Assembly (NCBI RefSeq): GCF_018350175.1
Contig: NC_058369.1
Span: 20,090,001-20,154,000, forward strand
Direction of reading: 5' to 3'
Length of the DNA stretch: 64,000 nucleotides
From: Felis catus
Lineage: Eukaryota
Part shown: positions 24,761-35,690 of the stretch, piece by piece
How positions within the stretch are numbered: the first letter of the stretch is position 1
Layout: every line of letters begins with the position of its first letter
The notes under the pieces: generated by a model
What the model was told of the DNA's origin: nothing
Database searches by the model: none
The model's input: the letters and a program-made list of their open reading frames with translations, nothing else
Position numbers and translations under genes: made by a program

Positions 24761-24923
24761 GATTGTATAAGCTTGGGTTCAGGAGAGCCGAACAGGAGTT
24801 CCTACCACTCCTTTGTCCTCTACCACAGTAATAGTCCTCGCTGGGGAGAAATTATCAAATTGCCCATCCCCATTGACCGGTTCCGGGGCTCCCACCTGCG
24901 CTTCGAGTTCAGACATTGTTCCA
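24761..24923 (+). CDS. DOCK3: DOCK3 coding exon (~exon 16), DCISLGSGEPNRSSYHSFVLYHSNSPRWGEIIKLPIPIDRFRGSHLRFEFRHCS, DHR-1
   Basis: tctcttccag| ... |gtgagt; 163 nt; PRWGE and HLRFEFRHCS motifs. Confidence 0.97.
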
Positions 24924-25460
24924 GTGAGTGAGACTTCTCTCCACATTCCTTGGAAGATATGAATGTTCTATTGTCTCAGAGTTCTTTCCTCAGAAAGAGA
25001 ATTAAGAGGGTTCTTATTGTTGGGGCAATAAAATGAGTTCTGAATAAATGGGTACTCAGAGATGGGGTGTCAACAGAGGCTGTTCTGTGTACAGTGACTC
25101 AAAACCAGAAAAGGTCTGGTACTCTTCCTTCTTTGTGTCTGGTCCAGACACTGGATAATTACCAGTGTTATCCTCCTTTGGATGTCTCCTGTGTACATAT
25201 TAAACTGTTCCTTAAAGAGCCTCTGATTTATCAAGACTAGCAATCTAGTTTCTATTTGGGTCTAGATAGCCTGTGTACCTTGGGATATAAGTGGAAATTC
25301 AGTCTAGTACATTTATCATCATTCCTGTAGTCAGGTATGTACCTAATTAATGAAAGCAAGGCACAAAGAAGTAAAGAATGTAGGTGATAAGCACAAGGGG
25401 AATTTCTGTTAAAACGCAAAGTGAAGGGCAAAAACAACTAACACTTAGCTCTGGTTGCAG

Positions 25461-25567
25461 CAAAGGACAAAGGGGAAAAGAAACTCTTTGGCTTTGCATT
25501 CTCACCCCTGATGCGGGATGATGGCACCACTCTCTCAGATGACATCCATGAGCTCTATGTGTACAAG
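25461..25567 (+). CDS. DOCK3: DOCK3 coding exon (~exon 17), TKDKGEKKLFGFAFSPLMRDDGTTLSDDIHELYVYK, DHR-1
   Basis: ggttgcag| ... |gtatgg; 107 nt; phase matches both neighbours. Confidence 0.96.
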
Positions 25568-26132
25568 GTATGGAGCCTGGCTGTCTCTCATCTCAACCTT
25601 CACACTCCTGAAGCCACTCTCACATATGGTTCTGAGTTAGGTGGCTTTCAGTGGGCAGGCCAAAGGATCCAGGGTAGTGCGCTGGTAGATGACAGCAGGA
25701 CAGCTGTGGGCAGGCTTTTGTCATGTAACTACAGTGACCTTCCTCCCACAAGTAATGCCAGCAGGCCCTTTGTCCCTCACCTCCCACTCCACAAGTAATG
25801 GAAGTCTATTACCAACTCCTCTGTGCCATTAGCTAGTACATTCAGAGACCTGCCATTTGAGATCATGGTTTTGTCAGCTATCACAGCATGGCTGCCACCC
25901 AAAGTTGCCTGCACAGCAGATGGAGGCCACCTGCCCCACCATGTTCTCTCTAAAAGGCATGTGAGCCATATGGGGAGTTTCTGAACAGAAAGCACTCTTC
26001 TAAGAGGACCTGAGGCCCAAGATCTAGCCTCAGGAAGATGAGAGCAAATATCAGCATCGAAAAATCTGTGACCTGAGTTTTCCACATGTCATGGTTCAGG
26101 AAACATTCTGTGTTCTCTACTTTTGCCTGCAG

Positions 26133-26304
26133 TGTGATGAGAATAGCACGTTTAACAACCATGCTCTGTACCTGGGCTTGCCCTGCTGCAAAGAGGACTA
26201 CAATGGCTGCCCTAACATCCCCTCCAGCCTCATCTTCCAGCGCAGCACCAAAGAGTCTTTCTTCATTTCCACACAGCTCTCCTCCACCAAACTCACCCAG
26301 AATG
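26133..26304 (+). CDS. DOCK3: DOCK3 coding exon (~exon 18), CDENSTFNNHALYLGLPCCKEDYNGCPNIPSSLIFQRSTKESFFISTQLSSTKLTQN, end of DHR-1
   Basis: ttttgcctgcag| ... |gtaggt; 172 nt; STKLTQN motif. Confidence 0.97.
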
Positions 26305-26676
26305 GTAGGTGGTGGTACCTACAGGGTGCTGCGCTCCCTGTCCTCAGTGACTGGTTCCATGTTGCTGATACGTGCTAAGGGAAACAGAAGTCATTTGCTT
26401 TTTCATGCCACAATGAGGGCATTCTTTTCATCTGAAGTTGAAGGAACCACTTGGTAATAGGAACCTGTAAGATTTCCCATGGTTTTATTAGCTCCAGAAT
26501 GCACCTCCAGATTTCACAGATGTGTCTTTGGCCTTGATATCAGCACTAAAGAGTCTGTTGTAATGTTAGCAGCTACTTCTCTTCCCCCAGATTCCACCTG
26601 TCCTTGGCAGGGAAAGTCTGGGTTTTGCTTGTCCTTGGCATAGCCAGTGTTCACTACTTTTGGGCTTGCTTTGTAG

Positions 26677-26774
26677 TGGACCTCCTTGCTTTGCTGAAAT
26701 GGAAGGCTTTTCCAGACCGGATCATGGACATACTAGGGCGGCTGCGGCATGTCAGTGGAGAAGAAATTGTTAAG
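26677..26774 (+). CDS. DOCK3: DOCK3 coding exon (~exon 19), VDLLALLKWKAFPDRIMDILGRLRHVSGEEIVK
   Basis: gctttgtag| ... |gtatgc; 98 nt. Confidence 0.96.
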
Positions 26775-27920
26775 GTATGCCTTCCTATAATTCATAGATG
26801 CTACCTAAGTAAGAATCTGGGCAGAAGGTCTTACTTCACCTTGATTTCTACCAGTATACCTCTAAGACCATTTCTCAAAATATAATTAGTGAGTAGGACT
26901 AGAGTTATTTTTCTTTTTCTTTTTTTTTCAGTTAGCTTCTTTTTTAAAAGTAAGTATGACATCAGGTTTATTACCTTTTAGAAACTAAGTTATAAACCCT
27001 ATTTTCTGACTTTTTTTTCTTCCTAGAAAGTAAAATGATAATTAGAAACATACCCAGTGCTTTGTGCTGCCTCCTCTTCCTTCCTTAGGTCTCTTTCTCA
27101 TTTTCCTTATCTGTAACCCTTTTACCACAAACCTGGCCTGAAGTCTTTCTGGCCGTACTCACTTGATTATCTAGAAGAACTCTAAATACTCTCCATTAAC
27201 TTGTAGCTGCTGCTTTTGCCCAGTCTCTCACTTACAGTCCATACCAGAGACCTTTCCCTACTCCCTGCCTCAACTGCTTTCTCTAGATACCTTTGTGACA
27301 TTTCCCATCTATGGCCCCGTCAGGCTGACAGCAACACTACAAGTCCCCTGTTGTCTTCTGTAAGGCTTCTCTGCATTGCACAGAGTGTTTGCCCACCTGG
27401 CACCTCCTGATGGTGAAAGTGCTGCAGGTGGATTCTGCACAATGGACCGAAGTCTGCTGAGGAAAGTGGAGGTGCTTTTGATGATGAGCAAGAGCAGTGG
27501 AATGTAGAATGGACACTAAGTGTCAAGAAGACAAGTTGTCATCAGTGAGCATTGCTCTGTAATTATAATTATCAAATCAATTAGCACAGATACCCTATCT
27601 GTACTTTCATTTTATAGCTCCATTGACTCAGTAACACACAACATGCTGTCTCCAAATGAGAAACAATTTTAAAGTCTGTATACATCTGTATATTTTTATG
27701 AAGTTTTGTCTGAATTTTGTTTAAATCAATTAGAGTATCATAAATTTTAAAAAGAACTCTTAACCAAGCTAATACTAGTTTTTGAAACTTAAGATCAGTT
27801 TATTCTCAGGGCATATTTTTCTTTTAAATATATCCAATATTGCACTGTATATTAACTAAAATATAAAAATAAACATTTAAAATATCAATTAGCAGACAAG
27901 GTATTAAGAGAAGTGTATGA

Positions 27921-28112
27921 TTTTTTTTTTTTGAGAGAGTAAGTGAGCATGAGTGGGAGTGGGGGTAGGGGCAGGGGAAGAGAGAGAATCTTAAGCAGGC
28001 TCCACGCCCAGCATGGAGCCCAACACAGGGCTTAATCTCATGACCCTGAGATCAGGACTTAAGTAGATATCAAGAGTCAGACACTTAACCTAGTGAGCCA
28101 CCCAGGCACCCC
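27921..28112 (-). mobile_element. CAN-SINE (older)
   Basis: Poly-T, gagagagaatcttaagcaggctcc, ends gagccacccaggcacccc. Confidence 0.92.
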
Positions 28113-28430
28113 AAAGTCTGATCTTTTTGAGGCTGAGTAGTGTTGTATTTCCAGTAAGAGACTATCTTATCAGCATATCTGCTTTTAGCATCAATAATTG
28201 ATCTCAAACCACCAGAAGAGAGTGTGAAAAGAATGTGCCAGCATTTTTAAATATTATTTTTTACTTTTTATTAGACTATTTCAAATATACACAAAAGTAA
28301 AATGGTATAAAGAACCCTACATGTATCTATCACCTAGCACCAGCAGTCATCACCCTATGGCCAATCCTGCCCATCAACGCTGCCATCCAAACCTTCCACC
28401 TTAGACTTGTTTTAAAGTAAGTTGTAACTT

Positions 28431-28882
28431 GGCAGTGAGAAAGAATGAAATCATGCCATTTGCAGCAATATGTGAATAAAACTGGAAGGTATTACGCTGA
28501 ATGAAATAAGTCAGTCAGAAAAAGACAGATATCATATGTTTTCACTCATATGTGGATCTTGAGAAACTTAACAGAAGACCATGGGGGAAGGGAAGGAGAG
28601 AAAAATAGTTACAAACAGAGAGGGAGGGAGGCAAGCCACAAGAGACTCTTAAATACAGAGAACAAACTGAGGGTGGATGGGGGGTGGGGAGAGAGGAATA
28701 TGGATGATGGGCATTGAGGAGGGCACCTGTTGGGATGAGCACTGGGTGTTGTACGTAAGTGATGAACCATGGGAATCTACCCCAAAAACCAAGAGCACAC
28801 TTTACACACTGTATGTTAGCCAATTTGACAATAAATTATATTAAATTTAATAATAAAAAATAAACAAATAAAATAAAATAAA
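28431..28882 (+). mobile_element. 5'-truncated carnivore L1 3' end
   Basis: aagaatgaaatcatgccatttgcagcaa...tcactcatatgtggatc, G-rich 3'UTR, gacaataaatt and A-rich tail. Confidence 0.9.
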
Positions 28883-29553
28883 CATTGTATCATTCAATTG
28901 CCTTTTGACCACAGAATGTTAGACTTTATTTTGGAAGAAGACTGTCAGTATCCTTGAGTATTATTCTCTCCCTTGGATTTTGTATCTTAGAAAGAAAAAG
29001 GCACATGTTAAAAACCAAAAACAAAATGGTACTTCTTTTACCCTCATTGACAGACCTCAGCAACAGCTTTCTCCCTTCTCCCAGAATACTGATTTCTAGA
29101 CCAAAACATGGTTTCTATAGTTAAGACCTAGCCTGCCACACCCTCATTCAAATGTCCTCTAAAGAGTTAGGCCACAATAAAGAGTGAGAGGCTACTAAAC
29201 TCTTTGGGGTCCCAAGAGAGTGAACTCTTTTTCTCAAAATGAATTTGGCATCAGAATCACTTAGATTGACTTTATTTCAAAATTACAATTCTACATGGAT
29301 GTCCTGTTTTTTTAAGTGACCGTTCTTTCCATAGAAATTTTGCACTTACCCAAGAGAAAGAGCCTCTCCAAATATCTCTCAGGGCCCTTAGCTAGGTGGA
29401 GGTGGGATCCTAGATTAGTTTAGTTTAAGTGGTGATTTGAGATCTTAAGAGATCTTTGAGTTTGTTTATTGGGAGATGAGTTCATTGGTGTATGGAAGTT
29501 TGACCATGTGTTCAAGGTCCTAAGATCTGAGCCCTCTGGTTTTTATGTTGCAG

Positions 29554-29637
29554 TTTCTGCAGGACATCTTAGATACACTCTTTGTGATTTTGGATGATAA
29601 TACAGAGAAATATGGCTTGTTGGTGTTTCAGTCTTTG
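29554..29637 (+). CDS. DOCK3: DOCK3 coding exon (~exon 20), FLQDILDTLFVILDDNTEKYGLLVFQSL
   Basis: atgttgcag| ... |gtaagt; 84 nt; completes the EIVKFLQD motif. Confidence 0.95.
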
Positions 29638-30724
29638 GTAAGTCTCACCCCTCCCGACTTTTCATTTTTATTTATTATTTCTGTCATATGTTTTTAAAAA
29701 TCCAAGGGAAGCAGTTTATTAGAGTGAGTCAGTATAACATCTATGCAGATGTTTCCAGTAGAAAAGTGGCTGAGGAGTGTCACCCAAGGAAGACCAACCA
29801 ACCTACCAACCGGGCAGATCCCTACAGCATCAAATTTGAAGAATTCAGCATGGCCAGGTCCGGGCCTCAGTAGTTTTGATACCTCAGTCTCATCACTGTT
29901 GCAGAGTTGCCTAGCCCCTGAAATAGAGACCTACACCAATAAAAGGCTTGGAGACTGATATAGGAAACCAGATGACCTGTTTTTTCACCTACAAAAATAA
30001 GGTATAATGGCCAGGAAGAGCAGAGTCTCATCTGTGATGGTCTGAGCATCACACTCTCTCCCTTTGGGCAGTTGTTTGGGAACCCAAATCTCTGTAGGTT
30101 GCTTAGTGAGAATGGACAGTGATTTGAATGTTCAGTGCATTTTGCTTAATATATCCTGTCCTATAGGAGTGCTGTATATTCAAGAACCATATACTGTAAG
30201 TCTACCTGATAGATGAGGAGCAGAAGCGAGAGTTAAAATGGCACTTGCGTAGATTGCCCCTCTGGCTTTTCTTCCTTGCTTTCCTGGCCAGCCAGCCCCA
30301 TTTCGGAAGGGCACAGCCTTTCATAGGTTGATCTGGCTCAGAGGACAATCTTTTTTTTTTTTTTTTGTCTCTTTTCCAAATTTTTTGAGACACCTTAGAA
30401 TTTATGCCACCTTACACAGGTATCGCTTTGCCTTTTCCTAGTCTGTATTGTGTCATCCAGCATTATTATGAAGAGAGAGGCTCAGAGTAACACTAGCACA
30501 AACAGATGAGTTGCAAGTCCAGACTGGGTGGCTGGGGGCTTTGGGAATAGAGCAGACAAGACAGAAATACAGGTACAGAATAGAAATCTTACGTTCTCTG
30601 CCCATGGAAAACACTAGAGAAAATACTGACGGTTTGTCATTTCTTGAAGAAGCAAGAGTTCTGTTTCCTGCTGGGGATAAGTCCAGGGTCTCCAGTGAAC
30701 TGTAGTACCCTACATCTCCTTCAG

Positions 30725-30825
30725 GTATTCATCATCAACTTGCTCAGAGACATCAAGTATTTCCACTTCCGGCCTGTAATGGACACATACATCCAGAAGC
30801 ACTTTGCTGGAGCCCTGGCGTACAA
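30725..30825 (+). CDS. DOCK3: DOCK3 coding exon (~exon 21), VFIINLLRDIKYFHFRPVMDTYIQKHFAGALAY(K)
   Basis: ctccttcag| ... |gtaagt; 101 nt. Confidence 0.96.
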
Positions 30826-30920
30826 GTAAGTTCCATTTAGCATCATCATTAGGATTTGTGTTTGAATAGAAGGACAGGCTTAAAAAAGGTTCCATGACAA
30901 CCACCATTCATTCAGCTGAC

Positions 30921-31146
30921 CTTTTTTTTTAATTTTTTTTTTTAACATTTATTTATCTTTGGGACAGAGAGAGACAGAGCATGAACGGGGGAGGGGCAGA
31001 GAGAGAGGGAGACACAGAATCGGAAGCAGGCTCCAAGCTCCGAGCCATCAGCCCAGAGCCCGACGCTGGGCTCGAACTCACGAACCGCGAGATCATGACC
31101 TGAGCTGAAGTCGGACGCTTAACCGACTGAGCCACCCAGGCGCCCC
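30921..31146 (-). mobile_element. Young CAN-SINE
   Basis: CpG-rich; TSD cagctgac(c/a)ttttt at 30913 and 31147. Confidence 0.96.
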
Positions 31147-31222
31147 CAGCTGACATTTTTTTAACTTCATTTTTTTTCTAATTCTGATAAAATACACATA
31201 ATATAAAATAATACCATTTAAC

Positions 31223-31452
31223 GAAAAAAAAATTTAATGCTTACTTATTTTTGAGAGACATAGAGAGACAGATTGGGAGTGAAGGAGGGGCAGAGAGAAA
31301 GAAGGAAACACAGAATCAGAAGCAGGCTCCAGGCTTTGAGCTGTCAACACATCCTGATGCAGGGCTCAAACCCACGGACCCCGCACAAGATCATCACCTA
31401 AGCCGAAGTCAGACGATTAACTAACTGAGCCACCCAGGCGCCGCCCCCCCCC
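31223..31452 (-). mobile_element. CAN-SINE nested in L1
   Basis: Ends gagccacccaggcgcc; TSD ccattt(t)aac. Confidence 0.9.
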
Positions 31453-32257
31453 CCATTTTAACTATTTTTAAGTGTACAGCTCAGTGGCATTAAGTATGTC
31501 CACATTGTTGTACAACCATCACCACCATCTATCTCAAGAACTATTTTCATCTTGCAAAACTGAAAGTCTGTACCCCTTAAATAGTAACTCCCCATCACCT
31601 CCACCGTCCCTTAGCAACCTCCATTGTTATGCTTTCTCTTTTAATTTGTTTATTCTAGGGACTTCATGTAAATTGAGTCATACAATATTTATCTTTTTGT
31701 GTCTGGTTTATTTCACTTACCATGTCTTCAAGTTCCATCTATGTTGTAGCATATGTCAGAATTGCCTTCCTTTTAAAGGCTGAATAATGTTACGTTGTAT
31801 GTATGTACCACATTCTGTTTATCCACTCATCCATCAATGAATACTTGGGTTGCTCTCACCTTTTAGTTATTGTGAATAATGCTGCTATGAACATGGGTAC
31901 ACAAATATCTCTTAAAGACTGATTTCATTTCTCTTGGGTATATACCCAGAGGTGGGATTGACCACTATAATGTTTTCCACAGCAGTGGCTGCAGCATTTT
32001 ACATTCCTGCCAGCAGTGTTCAAGGGTTCCAGTTTCTCCACATCCTCAAGCAAAGACTTTTTATTTTTTGTTGTGTTTGGAGAGGGATTTTTTTTTTTAG
32101 AGTCATCATGCTAACTGGTGTGAAGTGGTATCTCATTGTGGTTTTGATTTGCATTTTCCTAATGATTAATGATGCAGAGCATCTCTTCATGTATTTATTG
32201 ACCATTTGTATATCTTCGTTGGAGAAAATTTATTCAAGTCCTTTGCCCATTTTTTAA

Positions 32258-32469
32258 AAATGTTTGTTTGTTTATTTATTTATTTATTTATTTACTAATT
32301 TATTTATTTTGAGGGGGATGCACAGAGAGGGAGGGAAAGAGAGAGAATCCAAGCAGGCTCCACGCCCAGGGCAGAGCCCAGTGCAGGGCTCAATCTCATG
32401 ACTGCAAGATCATGACCTAAACCAATTTGAAGTGTCAGAAACTCAACCAACTGAGCCACCAGGCACCCC
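32258..32469 (-). mobile_element. CAN-SINE nested in L1
   Basis: Perfect 19-bp TSD tcctttgcccattttttaa at 32239-32257 and 32470-32488. Confidence 0.94.
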
Positions 32470-32756
32470 TCCTTTGCCCATTTTTTAATCAGGTTGTTTG
32501 GTTTTTTAAGTGCTGTTTTTCCAGTTCTATGTTGAGTGGAAGTAGAAAAAGAAGGCATCCTTATTCCTGATCTTAGAGGAACAACTTTCTTTCACTGTTG
32601 AGTAGGATATTGGTTGTGGTCTTTCAGCTGACATTTTAAACCATAGTTTACTACACAATTGTCATTCTTTTCCTTCCAAGAACTGGCAGCAAAGCTACTA
32701 AAAGTAAGTCTTGCTTTTTCATTGAGAAACATGAATAGCTTAAAATGGCACCAACA

Positions 32757-32989
32757 TGGGGCGCCTGAGTGGCTTGGTTGGTTAATCATCCGACTTCGGC
32801 TCAGGTCATGATCTCATGGTCCCTGAGTTCGAGCCCTGCGTCTGGCTCTGTGCTGACAGCTCGGAGCCTGGAGCCTGTTTCGGATTCTGTGTCTCCCTCT
32901 CTCTCTGCTCCTCCCCTGTTCATGCTCTGTCTCTCTCTGTCTCAAAAATAAATAAACGTTAAAAAAAATTTTTTAAAATTAAAAAAATA
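32757..32989 (+). mobile_element. CAN-SINE
   Basis: TSD aaaatggcaccaaca at 32742-32756 and 32990-33004. Confidence 0.96.
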
Positions 32990-33639
32990 AAAATGGCACC
33001 AACAATAAATGTCAAAGAAATAAAAAACTATTGATAAAAGATATAATATAAATGGTTAACATGGAAAACAGAAGTTATCTAAAACCATTAAGGCAATTTA
33101 AAATTGCCTCATTTTCTTCTATAGAATTAGCACAATTTTTGAAAATATATATAAAACCAACGGGTGACGAGGCTGTGGAGTCACTGGAACTCTGACACTT
33201 TGATATCACTCTGTAGAGTGGGCACTTGCTGTAGAGCGAGCAAGGAGAGGCACATAGGACCGTATACCTTTATCCAGAATCTGCTACTTACTAGTTATTG
33301 TTGTATGTTCTGGAGACATAGAAATTTTAGACAAAACAAAATTACAGGTGAAGTCTAGGACTCTAGGAAAACTTTCTTATCAAAGAAAAAATGTGTGTCA
33401 GGGAAAGAGAGAAAGAATGATTATAATTGCTAATTAAAATGTGGCAACTCTACAGATGAGGCATGTTGTATGGTCTCAGATGATCTGAAGATTTCACATT
33501 TGTAACAGATCCATCACTCCATTCTGCCTCATAAGCAGTATATTTATTTTTCCTGTGTGGCAAATTCAGGGCTGCAAAAATTTCAAACTGCATTGCTTTT
33601 GAGTTAAAGTGGGGTTTCTGGAACTGTTCTCTTTCCCAG

Positions 33640-33721
33640 GGAGCTCATTCGCTGTTTGAAGTGGTACATGGACTGCTCAGCAGAACTGATTCGACAGGAC
33701 CACATTCAGGAAGCCATGAGG
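33640..33721 (+). CDS. DOCK3: DOCK3 coding exon (~exon 22), ELIRCLKWYMDCSAELIRQDHIQEAMR
   Basis: ctctttcccag| ... |gtaatg; 82 nt. Confidence 0.96.
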
Positions 33722-35114
33722 GTAATGTACTGAGCTCACTCTACATAAAGGGCCCACCCCTGCTGTTGTTTGTCAGTAATTTCAATGGTTTAGTGTGCAG
33801 AACAAGTGTCGACATCCCAGTACACTAGCCTGCTTTCAGGAATGCCTTGGACCACATAATTCCCCATTGTCCATCTTAATTTTGCCCCAGACCTTTATTC
33901 TTAACAGTGTTATCTTAAAGCAGAAAGGAGGGATGATGTACATGCAACTCCTGGCCATCCTTCCTGACTGGTTTTGCCAGCAGCATCCATCTCTGCTTCC
34001 ACTGGCCAAAGCATCATATCTCCTTCTAAACCAATGTTGGTGGCAACATTGATTAGACTTAAGATCTTCCAACTTTTCCTGTCTTCAGTGGTTACTAAAC
34101 ATTGTTTTTTAGAACTTTTTTAAGTAAAAAGAGCTGATTGGATGCACTGTATATGGATACATTAAGAAGATAATCTTAAAACCTTGACCTTTGGAAGAAA
34201 CCGGAGTCCCCCATGGCAGCACTCCTGCATGGACAGGTTCCGAGATAAGGCAGCCTTTTGCATTTCTGGGCAGCTCCAGTTTTCAGGGGACCATCGTCAT
34301 TGTGAGTTAACTTCACTTTCTGGTAACTTCTTTTCATAGTACTTCTGTGGAGACCCACTGAGAGAATGTTGATTTCTCTTTCGCTCAACAGTTCTCAAGA
34401 TAGCTTTTCAAAGAAAGTTGCCATATCCCTTGGGAACTCACAGCAAGTTCATGCTTTCTCCCTTTCCGCCCCTACATTTTCTTGTTCTTGAGTTATTTTT
34501 TTAGTTGCTTTTTAACCATGTCTTTCCCACCCTTTCCAGTTAGTAATAAAAGAAGAGTGGCAACAAAGTAGTTCTGCTTTTTCTCTGTCCTCTTTTAATT
34601 TCACATCATTTGCTCTGAGTACCATTGGGCCTGTGATTTTGTTGTTCTTGTCCACATGCTAACAGGTGAGACAGGTGCTTCCCTAAACATTACCAGACTG
34701 AAGAAGCAAAATAAAATCATAGGTCTGTGTTTCCCCTGCCTCTTCTCTGTATGTTCTGTAAAAATCTAAGGCCATAAGTATTATTTCTGTCCTTCTTCAT
34801 ATAATACATGTCTACAAAGCAGTCAGCATCTGTTGTGGATGCCAAGATGCAAAGAAGAATAAGACAGACCTCTTGCCTTGAAGAACACATCCCCACTGAA
34901 GCATGCTCAAACACAGGTGTAGAGCAGAGTTCTGAGTGTGATGTGGGGACAGAGCCTGTATTCTGTTCTTCTTTAAACCCAGTACCTGGCAGCTGCCCCA
35001 GACAACATTTGAGGGGATAAAAGTTGAGTTAAATGCAAAAGATTCTATGTGAGTCCCTAAATTAATTGCTCAGGATACTGGAGAAAGCATCACAGAAGTT
35101 GTTTTCTCCTAACA

Positions 35115-35690
35115 ATCAGTCATTCAGTCATTCCGTCAAGTCAGTGTTACTTGATACCTGCCATGTGTCAGACACCATAGTAGACACTGGAGATTCAGCA
35201 GGGGCCCAAGCAGAAAAGGCTGTGCTTTCATAGCACTTCCATCCAAGTGGAGGAAAGACAGACAATAAATACACAAATTAAGTGGGGAAAGAAACTTGAT
35301 AAGTAAGAACTATGAAGGAAATTTACTTCAGATCAAAATTTTAGGGAAAGTTTGTCTGAGGAGGTGACCTCTGGGCTGAAATTGATGTGAAGAGCTGGGG
35401 GATGAGCATTCCAGACAGGAAACAGCATGTTTAAAAGCCTGGGTGGGAAACAACTTGAGTTTTCAAGCAACCAAAAAATAGCTGATGTGACTAAAGCAGG
35501 GAATCAATTTCAAACATTAAATTGGATGTGTGAAGTGATAGAAAGGAAGAAGTGCTGGTTCCAAAGAATCTGGCTAGATCAGCTGAGTTGATATCAGAGT
35601 TACTTAGGAAGATGCAGAGTTCTGGGAGAAGATCAGGTTTGGGTGGAAAGAAAGAAGATATCCATTTGGGGGAGCACTATTCTGAGGTAC
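35115..35690 (-). mobile_element. L2 LINE relic
   Basis: cattcagtcattc...acctgccatgtgtcagacacc...ggagattcagca...gaggaggtgac...agcattccagacagg, typical of an antisense L2 3' end; boundaries approximate. Confidence 0.65.

Larger units (their letters stand above)
31160..32622 (-). mobile_element. Older L1 (L1MA/L1MB-like) with internal deletion and two nested SINEs
   Basis: Antisense 3'UTR (acaaccatcaccaccatctatctc...), ORF2 C-terminus ([28 protein letters not shown] 32020-32205), then a jump to RT-region sequence at ~32520. Confidence 0.85.
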
